Origin: Macrostomum lignano
Lineage: Eukaryota
Direction: 5' to 3'
NCBI GenBank assembly: GCA_002269645.1
Contig: NIVC01000006.1
Span: forward strand, 806,001-870,000
DNA: 64,000 bases
Under the pieces are notes generated by a model. That model saw only the letters and a list, made by a program, of their open reading frames with translations. It was not told where the DNA came from and made no database searches. The position numbers were made by a program, and so were the translations under genes. Shown here piece after piece: positions 38,757 to 50,480 of this stretch (positions are counted from its first letter, which is position 1; the number at the start of each line of letters is the position of its first letter).

Positions 38757-40525
38757 ATGCATTTTGAAGCAAATGACGATCTGCTCAAAGGCAAGCAACG
38801 TGCTCAGTCGCTTAAAGTCGGGATGAAAGAGAAAGTTGTGCAACTCTACGATAGGCATTTCTCTGTGAGTTAGTTGCATTATAGTTTTCAGTAATTAAGT
38901 AAGTATGCTGGCTTTATGAGAATTTCTCTAATAAAAGAATACTTCAGTACTTTGTTTTTTAATAAAATTGTATATGCTATACTACTTTTTTACTAACAGT
39001 AGAGTAGTTAGAATGTTTTGCGTATTCTTGTGTATTTGAAAGAAAATGTCGCAATTAAACAGGGCGAAGACATCTCTGGCGGATCGGACAGTTTCTGGAA
39101 CGAATTCTTTCTTTTGCGTGCCAACGTGCGCTACCTTCAGGCGCATTTCGAACGATGCGCCTGGGACGAATTGGCCTGCCAGAAGCCCGCAATCCGGCGC
39201 TTATTTGGCCACTGCACAGCGCCGCTGCAAAATCATCCAGCCATGGGCCAGGACGCCATTCGCCAGGCCAACGCATTGCAAACTCTCGCCTCTCTGATTC
39301 GAGGAGCTTTCAGCTGTCCGCCGACTGCTGTGGCCGCGGCCGAGGCGGCTGCAGTCGTCGGCGGCGGCGGCGTCAGCGTCAACGTCGGGGACGTCGACGA
39401 GCAGCAAATGGACAGTCAGCGCCCGAATCATCCGAATCTGGATTTGCTGATGCCGCCTAACGATGCGGAGTCTATTATGCAGGTATGTGCCGATATGTTG
39501 TATAGACAGTTTTATTGGCTTGTTTAAACAGGAATCTTGCTGATCAGTGATCAATACTAATCAACATTCTAGCCGATATGTTGTGTAGACATCTTTATTG
39601 GCTTGTTTAAACAGTAATCTTACTGATCAATACGAGTGCTAATCATCACGCTAGCCGATATGTTGTGTAGACAACTTTATTTGATTGTTTAGATAGCATT
39701 TTTACTGATCAATACTAATCAACATGCTAGCCGATATGTTGTGTAGACAACTTTATTGGGTTGTTTAGATAGCAATTTCACTGATCAATACTAATCAGCA
39801 TGATAGCCGATATGTTGTGTAGACAATTTTATTGGCTTGTTTAAACAGTAATTTCACTGATCAATACTAATCAACATGCTAGGCGATATGTTGTGTAGAC
39901 AACTTTATTGGGTTGTTTAGATAGCATTTTCACTGATCAATACTAGTCAGCATGATAGCCGATATGTTGTGTAGACAACTTTATAATGATCAAACCTAAT
40001 TGCTTTTTCTGAAATTTAGGTTCGAAAAATAGCTTACCAATATGTTTCGTATTTAACTTTTTGAAGTACAAAATATTTACCATAATTAGCCAGAAAAAAA
40101 CACTTGCTGAGATTTTTCAACTATTGGGAATTTCAAACTGCTAACTGTAAAACTCGCATTTACGAGCCGTGAAAGCGATTAATCTTGAATTTTTATTATA
40201 ATTCGATCTTGCTACTTGCAGTAAGATGAGAGTAAATTGTTGGAAATTTAAATAAAAACAATTGCAGGATCTTCTTCACCGCCTCGCCTGTTGTTTATCC
40301 GACGATGTAGTCCAGCTTCCAATTAAAGCGCTGGCTATTAACCTGCTAGTTACTATGGCAACTGCCTGCGATCTACAATACAACCCCATGCTGAGCTACC
40401 TGGTCTCCAGTCGGGTGTTCGACTGCTGCCTGCAGCTTTTCGCCTCCACTGAGCTGCGGCGAGAGTTTGGCGACTCCGTTTGCACCCTGCTGGCCATCAT
40501 GCTGCAGGCGCACCGGCACAATGTA

Positions 40526-40556
<31 letters not shown>

Positions 40557-43500
40557 CTGCTTGTCCTGTCTGTCTGTCTGTCTGTCTGTCTGTCTTTCTG
40601 TCTGTATTTGTGACTGTCTGTCCGTCTGTCTGTCTGTCTGTCTGTATTTGTGACTGTCTGTCCGTCTGTCTGTCTGTCTGTCTGTATTTGTGACTGTCTG
40701 TCTGTCTGTATTTGTGACTGTCTGTCCGTCTGTATTTGTGACTGTCTGTCTGTCTCTATTTGTGACTGTCTGTCTGTCTGTCTGTCTGACTGTGTGTCTG
40801 TCTTTGTGTGTGTGTGTGTGTGTTTGTGTGTCTGCTTGTTTGTGTGTGTGTGTGTGTGTGTGTCTGTGTCTGTGTGTCTGTCTGTCTTAGTGTCTGTCTG
40901 TCTGTCTCTCTGTCTGTCTCTCTGTTAGTCCGTATTTTCACCGATGTATCTTTCTATTAATGTATCTTAAGAATTAAAAAGCTGCCGTAATCTTTCAGAT
41001 GGTGAACCCTTGCCTAGTTAAGCTTGCGGTTTTGGACGACAATCTCGTGCTCAATGTGAGCTGAGTGTAAAAGATCAATAATCTGTACACGTATGTGTAA
41101 TATGTATGCGTATTCGTTAATGTGGAATATTTTTAATACTATTTCAGGGCTTTTCCTACGTGTTGTCACTCTCACTAGCGCAGTATAATGAGTGAGTCTA
41201 ATAGAGGACTTTTGTTTTATTTAGTTAAAAATGTCTGTTTTTTAAACGTAGTGTAACTTTGCTTTATAACAAATAAACTTGTTTTCCTGAAGACTCTACA
41301 GACGAAAAGTTCGTGAACCGAAAGGTCTCTTCTATTCGCTTTCAAATATGGTAAGTAGTTTATTTAGTAGTATAATTCGGTTTCAACAAACTTCCTAATG
41401 TGTGCTTGTAATTCATTGGCATTCTGATTCTTTCAGGTTGGTCACATTTTGGTTGGTGAAGAAAAACAACTGGAACGTATTGAGTAAGTTTCTGTTTACT
41501 GAAGTTTTGCTACCCCATTCCCAATATACGAACTATAAACTAACTAGGACCAGCCTCAGCCCCACCACCCCATTCCCAATGTACACACCAACTCTAGGAC
41601 CAGCCTCAGCCCCACCACCCCATTCCCAATGTACACACCAACTCTAGGACCAGCCTCAGCCCCACCACCCCATTCCCAATGTAGGACAAACCTCAGCCCA
41701 CCACCCCATTCTCAATGTAGGACTAACCTTAGCCCCACCACCCCATTCCCAATGTACACACCAACTCTAGGACCAGCCTCAGCCCCACCACCCCATTCCC
41801 AATGTACACACCAACTCTAGGACCAGCCTCAGCCCCACCACCCCATTCCCAATGTAGGACAAACCTCAGCCCACCACCCCATTCTCAATGTAGGACTAAC
41901 CTTAGCCCCACCACCCCATTCCCAATGTACACACCAACTCTAGGACCAGCCTCAGCCCCACCACCCCATTCCCAATGTACACACCAACTCTAGGACCAGC
42001 CTCAGCCCCACCACCCCATTCCCAATGTACACACCAACTCTAGGACCAGCCTTAGCCCCACCACCCCATTCCCAATGTACGCACAAACTCTAGGACCAGC
42101 CTCAGCCCCACCACCCCATTCCCAATGTACGCACAAACTCTAGGACCAGCCTCAGCCCCACCACCCCATTCCCAATGTACGCACAAACTCTAGGACAAGC
42201 CTCAGCCCCACCAACTCAAACATTCAAATATTTAATTTTATATTTAAGCAGTTTAAACTTGGTCCAATATATCAATAATTCGCCTAGTGTATTTGCTTCC
42301 TTTTCTATTTCAAGCCCACTTCGATATTTGGATAGACAGTAAATATTTTTCTTTCTGTTTAAAAGCTGTTTAAGATTTTTATAGTTGATGTCTCACGATG
42401 ATTTCAGCTGCATTTATATTTGTACTGGGGTATTTAATCTAAGTATATTATCTACTGTAATTTTGCATTAAACCTATTGCAAAGTTTTACCAGTTGTAAA
42501 TGTATTTGAAAACATTCTTCACCAAAAATATACTAACCCAAGGCTAACTACTAACTAATAAACAGAAACTGTGAATATGATATGTTACTGAACGGCTGAG
42601 ATCATTTCTGACCCCATTTTTATCGTCAACAAGATAAATATACCCACGGGGGGCCATAGCCCAGCGGTCTAGCGCAGCTGCTCTGGTGTGCCAGCGACCC
42701 AGGCTCGATTCCAAGTGCAGTCGCATTAATTTGGGGCTGAATTGGAATCTCGGCTTGGCTCTGCTCGTGCAATTAACGGCCTTGAGAGCCAACCCCCCAA
42801 GGCGTAGTGAAGTGTAAATGCCTAAAGATAATATAAAGTTAGGGCCGCTGTACACTCCTGTGTGAGCGTCTGCCTGCTCAGGGGAGTCGGCGGAATGGGC
42901 AGCAATGCCTCTCGCCGGTTGTGTGCCTATGTCGCTTAAAGTGCGCCAGGGTGCACACAACCCCCCTGCCTCTAATAAAATAAAAATAACAAATATACCC
43001 ACTCTTTGCGTGAAGGGAAGGTAACGCTTTTAACAACGCTTCTGGAGAGACAGCAAATAAATTGGGGCACCCTGACGCACCGCCTCGGCGACAATCTCAT
43101 AACCAGCTCTGAGGCATGTACACTCTGTGCCTTGAGGGGGGGGGCTGGCCGTCATGGATCGGACGCGAAAGCTACCTAACTGAAAGTTATTTTGATTGTG
43201 TCTGTCAAGGTCACTTATTATTTTAAAGTGCACACATTTGACCGCACCGGGAAATGCAGGGTCCAAGACGCCCTGCTGCTGGCTTTATTCGAGGCGCTGC
43301 ACGTCAATCGTAGCTTCATTGCCACCCTGACCTACAGCCACACGCCCTCGGTTGGGCACCAGCTTGTGGTTGCTGAGCAATCTGGTCCGGCCAGCTCCGT
43401 GCCCGAGCCAACCAATTTGCTGGTTGTGTTCTTGGAGTACTGCTCCATCATTATGCAGGATACTAGAGGTCTGGGCGGACTGCTGTGCGGTGGGGTGGGG

Positions 43501-46500
43501 GAGAATAGAGGGAGGGAGGGAGACGGGTAAGATGAGGAGACAGGGTGAGAGGAAGACAGTGAGATAAGAGGGGGTCAGACAGTGAGATGAGAAGGAAGAC
43601 AGTGTGCTGAGAGGGAAACAGACAGTGAGATAAGAAGGAGACAGTGAGATGAGAGGGAGACAGTGAGATGAGATGGAGACAGTGAGATGAGAGGGAGACA
43701 GTGAGATGAGATGGAGACAGTGAGATGAGAGGGAGACAGTGAGATGAGAGGGAAGACGAAGACTGAGATGAGAGGGAGACAGTGAGATAAGAGGGGGTCA
43801 GACAGTGAGATGAGAAGGAAGACAGTGTGCTGAGAGGGAAACAGACAGTGAGATAAGAAGGAGACAGTGAGATGAGAGGGAGACAGTGAGATGGGATGGA
43901 GACAGTGAGATGAGAGGGAGACAGTGAGATGAGATGGAGACAGTGAGATGAGAGGGAGACAGTGAGATGAGAGGGAAGACGAAGACTGAGATGAGAGGGA
44001 GACAGTGAGATGAGAGGGAGACAGTGAGATGAGATGGAGACAGTGAGATGAGAGGGAGACAGTGAGATGAGAGGGAAGACGAAGACTGAGATGAGAGGGA
44101 GACAGTGAGATGAGAGGGAGACAGTGAGATGAGAGGGAGACAGTGAGATGAGAGGGAGACAGTGAGATGAGAGGGAAGACAGTGAGATGAGAGGGAGACA
44201 GTGAGATGAGAGGGAAGACAGTGAGATGAGAGGGAAGACTGAGATAAGAGGGAGACAGTGAGATGAGAGGGAGACAGTGAGATGAGAGGGAGACAGTGAG
44301 ATGAGAGGGAAGACAGTGAGATGAGAGGGAGACAGTGAGATGAGAGGGAAGACAGTGAGATGAGAGGGAAGACTGAGATAAGAGGGAGACAGTGAGATGA
44401 GAGGGAGACAGTGAGATTGACAGACAGGGTTTATAAAATGAGTGATTAGTACAATGAGAGGGAGGCAGTGAGGTTGTGTTTGATAGACAAGGGAGTGAAG
44501 CAGAGCAGAATTCGCGCAGCACAGATGGCCAACCCCCACCCGATCTCGAACTGCAGAGCAGAGCATGTTCAACAGCTGCAAGCTGTGCTTCTTTATTCTC
44601 ACAGCAATATCAGAGGTAGGAGCTGGAATGGAGTTGAATGTCTGTCTATAAGTAAAGTTCAAGTTTCCATTTTGACATCTTAATAGACTGTGTGCCCAAA
44701 CTTTTAGGACGAGTACGCGAATTCTCTGATGCACGATCTTAATATGAACTTCCGGGTCAACCTGCACAGATTGGTGAGTTTTTTTTTAAATGCAACTTGC
44801 CGTTTTTTTAATTTATCATGTCATTTTTTACATAGGGTTGTAACCTAGTGGTCAGAGCGTCGGACTCACGACTTGCAGGTCGGGGGTTCGATTCCCGATC
44901 CCACTGGAACAATTTGTGTCCTTGAGCAAGACACTTAACTCTGCATTGCTTCAGTTCACCCAGCTGTAAAATGGGTGCCAGCATTCGCTGAGTAATTGAG
45001 GGATAATTGTGTGGCGAACCCCCCAGTTCTTGGGCTGAACAGCCGTACACAGCCTTCAGATGCGCCGCGCAAATAGCTGCGACTGAGCTGTCGGTTGCAC
45101 ATCTGCCGATTGGGGCAGGTGTAATCATAATCAGTTATTATTATTATTATGCCATTTTGAAAGCCATTTTTGAAATGCAACATGCCATTTTTGAAATGCA
45201 ACATGCCATTTTTGAAATGCAACATGCCAAAATGCAACATGCCATTTTCGAAATGCAACATGCCATTTTCGAAATGCAACATGCCATTTTTGAAATGCAA
45301 CCTGCCATTTTCAAAATGAAACATGCCATTTTTGAAATGCAACATGCCATTTTCGAAATGCAACATGCCATTTTTGAAATGCAACCTGCCATTTTTGAAA
45401 TGCAACCTGCCATTTTTGAAATGCAACCTGCCATTTTTGATTCCACGACCGCAGCAAACCCGGCACAGAGCCCCAACTCTCGGTGTGGACTTGGAATCGG
45501 CTCCTCTGGCCTGCGCCCTACTCGACCTACTCGTAGAGTTCTGCCACAGCCATCTGATGCGCACTTTGCCAGCTGAGCTGTACCAGTCTGCCCTGCTCAT
45601 TCTGCACCGGCTGCTCTGCTATCAGAAGCGAACCGAGATCAGGCTGCATTACAACTGGCACCACCTCTGGTCCGCCCTGTTCACCAGCGCCCGCTACGCC
45701 CTGAGCTGCTACCAGAAGCAGCAGGTTGGAACCGCGGAGCCGCAGTTCCTTCGCTCCCTGCTGTCGCTGGTGTCCAGCGTGTGTTTGTTGCTGAACTTCT
45801 TTGTTACCTATGGGGACACGTTTCTGCCCACCTGCGAGGTCTACGACTTGCTGTTCTACGAGCTGATTAGAATGAAATCCCTGTTTGAGGATGCCAGTCA
45901 GCTGTGTGAGTTGCTGGGGAATTGCGGGATTTTATTGCCATTGGGACTCGGGTATGGGATTTTTTCCCATTGGTGACTTGGGTTAGGGATTTTATTCTCA
46001 ATGGGACTCGGGTATGGGTTTTTTTACCATTGGGGACTTCGGTTAGGGATTTTATTCTCAATGGGACTCGGGTATGGGATTTTATTCCCAATTGGACTCG
46101 GGTATGGGATTTTATTCCCAATTGGACTCGGGTATGGGATTTTATTGCCATTGGGACTCGGGTATGGGATTTCATTCCCAATTGGACTCGGGTATGGGAT
46201 TTTATTCCCAATTGGACTCGGGTATGGGATTTTATTCCCAATTGGACTCGGGTATGGGATTTTATTCCCAATGGGAGCCGGGTATGGTATTTTATTCCCA
46301 TTGGGACTCGGTATGTTATTTTATTCCCATTGGGACTCGGTATGGTATTTTATTGCCATTGGGACTCGGGTATGGTATTTTATTGCCATTGGAACTCCGG
46401 TATGGGATTTTATTGCCATTGGGAGCCGAATATTGGCTTTTATTCCCGTTGGGGACTCGAGTATAGCATTTTATTCCCACTAGGACCCGTATAATTTTTA

Positions 46501-47443
46501 CTAGTCCTATATACTAGTATATTATCAATCCTACTATTACAGCTCTGTCAATCATTTCCTCCGATCCGGATCATCCGCTTCGTGAGGCGGCGATGCAATT
46601 GGACCGAAGCCTGGTCAACATTCGGTGAGGCTGCTTCCTGCATGAGCTTGCAGTCCGTCTCTAACCTGACTCTATCCGACAATCGCCTTCTAAACACCTT
46701 CAAATCCAAACATTGCATTTAAACACCATCCCACCCCAAGAATCGGCCTCCAACCCCACCCCAAGAATCGCCCTCCAACCCCACCCCAAGAATAGGCCTC
46801 CAACCCCACCCCAAGAATCGGCCTCCAACCCCACCCCAAGAATAGGCCTCCAACCCCACCCCAAGAATCGGCCTCCAACCCCACCTCAAGAATCGCCCTC
46901 CAACCCCACCCCAAGAATAGGCCTCCAACCCCATCCTAAGAATCGCTCTCCAACCCCACCCCAAGAATCGCCCTCCAACCCCACCCTAAGAATCGCTCTC
47001 CAACCCACCCAGAGAATCACCCTCCAAACCCTGAGAATAGCCTATAACCCCATTTCAATCCGTTAACAGGTCAATAATCCAGCACTTCTCGCCCAGAATA
47101 GATGAATGGGCGGAGGCGCAGGGCCAACGATCGCTCACCCAGGACCAGGTGCTGTCGGTGGTCAGAAGCAACTACGAGTCGCTGACCCTGAGGCTCTACA
47201 GCCAATTAGACTGTTTCACCAGCTTTAGAGAATCAATTCCAAACGAAAATGCCTACTTCCGTCAGTTGGTGAGTAGTAGAAGCTGCAAAAGTTTTAAGTT
47301 ATACAGATTCCTGCGAGAATTTAACTATGATTTCCCTACGGACGCATCCGCAGACCAGAAAAATTGTCACCAGCGTTCGCAAGGATGCGTTCGACGCTAG
47401 TCAGCAGCTGCAAGCCAAGCTCAAGGACTTGTCCTCCTTGTAG
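38757..47443 (+). CDS. ARMH3: Armadillo-like helical domain-containing protein 3 (C10orf76/UPF0668), 14 exons, ~714 aa
   Basis: Exons 38757-38864, 39063-39482, 40268-40522, 40999-41055, 41148-41191, 41293-41350, 41437-41483, 43260-43468, 44557-44615, 44708-44773, 45455-45905, 46543-46624, 47070-47268, 47354-47443 (sum 2145 nt, phases agree). Motifs [97 protein letters not shown]. Confidence 0.95.
39490..39985. repeat. ~61-63-bp minisatellite starting at the 5' splice site
   Basis: GCCGATATGTTGTGTAGACAACTTTATTGG.. units. Confidence 0.95.
40525..40925. repeat. (TG)n/(TCTG)n compound microsatellite (intronic)
   Basis: Direct reading. Confidence 0.95.
41510..42215. repeat. 50-bp minisatellite with a 173-bp higher-order unit (intronic)
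   Basis: TAGGACCAGCCTCAGCCCCACCACCCCATTCCCAATGTACACACCAACTC; identical junk ORFs at 41629 and 41802. Confidence 0.95.
42648..42945 (+). mobile_element. tRNA-derived SINE family B
   Basis: GGGGCCATAGCCCAGCGG..GGCTCGATTCC head; body and tail (GTGCCTATGTCGCTTAAAGTG) shared with 4945-5268. Confidence 0.85.
43500..44425. repeat. ~19-bp purine-rich minisatellite (intronic)
   Basis: GACAGTGAGATGAGAGGGA units. Confidence 0.95.
44835..45130 (+). mobile_element. SINE family A, full length
   Basis: tRNA-like head (TAACCTAGTGGTCAGAGC..GGTTCGATTCCC), CORE-like GTCCTTGAGCAAGACACTTAAC..CAGCTGTAAAATGGG, tail GCACATCTG..GGTGTAAT plus AT-rich end. Confidence 0.92.
45150..45440. repeat. 21-bp minisatellite ending at the splice acceptor
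   Basis: GCCATTTTTGAAATGCAACAT units. Confidence 0.95.
45925..46490. repeat. 30-bp minisatellite (intronic)
   Basis: GGGATTTTATTCCCAATTGGACTCGGGTAT units. Confidence 0.95.
46725..47035. repeat. 25-bp C-rich minisatellite (intronic)
   Basis: CCAACCCCACCCCAAGAATCGGCCT units. Confidence 0.95.
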
Positions 47444-47639
47444 ATTTCAGACATTGCGCACACAAATAGTTTGATTATTAATCATTATGGTATTCCTGTA
47501 GTTGCATGAGGTCGAGCGAGTGGCCAAACAAACTCATCTTGGTAGCCTTATAATTGGCCTGCGCATGTAAAATCCAATTTGCTTCAACCAAACTGGATCT
47601 TCCATTGTTATAGCTTTCATTCATAAGAGTCGTTCATTA

Positions 47640-48540
47640 ATTTAGAATGTGTTTTGCGTGTTTCAAATATTTCTAGTGTGTTTATAATGTGTTTGGTGTG
47701 TTTAGAATGTGTATGATTTATTTATAATTTGTCTGATTGTTTTAGAATGTATCTGGTTTGTTTATAATGGGATTGGTGTGCTTAAAATGTGTCTAGTGTG
47801 TTTATAATGTGTCTGGTGTGCTTATAATGTGCATGGTGTGTTTATAATGTGCATGGTGTGTTTATAATGTTTCTGGTGTGTTTATAGTGTGTATGGTGTG
47901 CTTATAATGTGTCTGGTGTGCTTATAATGTGTCTGGTGTGTTTATAATGTGTCTGGTGTGCTTATAATGTGTCTGGTGTGTTTATAATGTGTATGGTGTG
48001 CTTATAATGTGTCTGGTGTGTTTATAATGTGTCTGGTGTGCTTATAATGTGCCTGGTGTGTTTATAATGTGTCTGGTGTGCTTATAATGTGTCTGGTGTG
48101 CTTATAATGTGTCTGGTGAGCTTATAATGTGTCTGGTGTGTTTATAATGTGCCTGGTGTGTTTATAATGTGTCTGGTGTGCTTATAATGTGTCTGGTGTG
48201 CTTATAATGTGTCTGGTGTGTTTATAATGTGTCTGGTGTGCTTATAATGTGTCTGGTGTGTTTATAATGTGTCTGGTGTGCTTATAATGTGTCTGCTGTG
48301 CTTATAATGTGTCTGGTGAGCTTATAATGTGTCTGGTGTGTTTATAATGTGTCTGGTGTGTTTATAATGTGTCTGGTGTGCTTATAATGTGTCTGGTGTG
48401 TTTATAATGTGCATGGTGTGCTTAAAATGTGCATGGTGTGTTTATAATGTGCATGGTGTGTTTATGTGTCTGGTGTGCTTATATTGTTTCTTATGTGTTT
48501 AAACTGTTTCTGGTGTGTTTATAATGTGTGTGATGTGCTA
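47640..48540. repeat. 20-bp minisatellite downstream of the ARMH3 stop
   Basis: TTATAATGTGTCTGGTGTGC units. Confidence 0.95.
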
Positions 48541-48929
48541 CGCCTTATAACTGTGAAATATCCCAAGACGATGTGAAAGCTAAAATGCATTCCCAGTATC
48601 CTTGGATTGAGTTTAATATATATACGAATACTTTAAAAATGAGTGTATTTCCAATGAGTCTTCAAATGTTTCTAATGCTTTGAATTTTCATCACAAAAAA
48701 TTAAAGCCTAGCTGTAAATTTGTAGCCAATAAATCCATTAGAATGCACAATTTCTAATCTTAATTCGGTAAAAAAAACCAGTGATTTTCTGCCGCAAATG
48801 CAAACTGAGCACTTCCAATCGCTATTGAGTTTTTTAGTCTTATTTCTATCAATATTCTACTTTTAATATAATTGAAATTGAATAAACATTTGTTGTCAAA
48901 GGTTAACTTAGACTCGGACTAAGTTCGCC

Positions 48930-49222
48930 TTATATAATAGATCTCGGACACAGGTACAAACACAGGTACAAAGCCAATGTCTTGATCGGAGCGTCGCCCC
49001 ACCTCTGCGTGTAGATGCCGCCAAGAATGTAGTCAACGAAGTCTTCGTACTGGCCGGACCGCCAGATCTTCAGGCTGGACACCTCGAAGTTGTTGAAGAA
49101 CACCTCGTTCCTCTTGAGTCGGTGGAAGAAGGTCGGCTTGATGCCATTCACCCTCGTGTAGTCTGCAGTGATGTTGAAGGTGTTGTGGCCGCAGGTGTCG
49201 ATGATGGTCTCAAAGTAACCTT
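48930..49222 (-). pseudogene. 5'-truncated second copy of the GT15-like sequence
   Basis: Reverse complement closely matches 59433-59715 (FFNNFEVSSLKIWRS, RWGDAP), with a small in-frame deletion and a local duplication; homology stops at ~49222. Confidence 0.75.
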
Positions 49223-49683
49223 AGCAAGCGCGGTATGGCATTTATGCTTGCGACGTGTGATGCATTCGGGAGGCAAAAGTTATATTTGCTATTTTCTTAC
49301 GCATTCGAGCAGAGCCGAGAGCTGTAAGTTCGCTCAAGATCTTGGATGTAAAAGAAGAAGCAAGAAGATACTGGTTGAAACATGCCGTTACATGTATGTA
49401 CTGGACGTTGGATCGCATCGCCTAGCTGACTTGCCTGCCAAGCTGCATCACGGCACACTGCCGACCTGCACAGTGCGTGCAAACCGCGGCGTGTTGTCCG
49501 TTAAACCAAGGTATCAGAATTATGTGGCGTTGAGCTGTACCTTCATACGAAACGGCAACAAACTTGTGAAGAAATTCCATAAAAATTCCGCCGCAATTCA
49601 ACATGTGAACCGAACCGCTGACATCGTCGTGCTCAAGCCTCTAACAGCAACCATGGTACAATAGCTTCATGTGATGGGCTTGT

Positions 49684-49992
49684 AGGGGTTGTAGCCCAGT
49701 GGTCAGAGCGTCGGACTAACGACTTGAAGGTCGGGGGTTCGATTCCCGATCCCACTGGAACAATTTGTGTCCTTGAGCAAGACGCTTAACTCTGCATTGC
49801 TTCAGTTCACCCAGCTGTAAAATGGGTGCCAGCATTAGCTGGGGTAATTTAAGGTGTGTGTCGCGCCCCCCCCCCCCAGTCCTTGGACTGAACAGCCGTA
49901 CGCAGTCTTCAGATGCGCCGCGAAATATAGCTGCGGTGGCTTAGCTGTCGGTTGCACATCTGGCCATTGGGGCAGGTGTAATCAATTATTAT
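49684..49992 (+). mobile_element. SINE family A, full length
   Basis: Same head, body and tail as 44835-45130. Confidence 0.92.
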
Positions 49993-50480
49993 GGGCTTGT
50001 GCTGATACTGGACTGCGGCCTGTAACTCATACCAGCCCGAATATAATGATACAAGAGTTATTTGATAAGCTAGTTGCCCACATTTTCTTGGTTATTGTCG
50101 GAAACTACTGGGTCGTGTACCAGTCCTGTGGTAGCTCGATCGTACGACTCCCTGAAATTCCTGGAATTAAATAAATAAAAACCATAAAACATTCGTTAAA
50201 AAAACTAAACAGTCTAGTTTATTGCAACACTTGCATGTGTCATTCTAGTCAGCTAGTCTGAAAATATGAGTGTGAAACCTGTTGCAATTTGCAATAGAAA
50301 AAGTCAACAAAGATAGTTTATATTTCAACTAGTTGGCCATCGCTCAATGAAGCTGTACAATATATTTTTGTATATACTCAATAGATGTTTTAATAAACAA
50401 AGTTATTGCCATTAAATTTTCATTACAGAAGATCGGACTTTATTCGATATAAATCATCCCCATTTAGCTGTTAACAGTTA

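Noticed and set aside
44835-44905. tRNA-like cloverleaf heads (also 8585, 49684, 42648, 62040)
   Set aside because: They run directly into SINE bodies and are not stand-alone tRNA genes.
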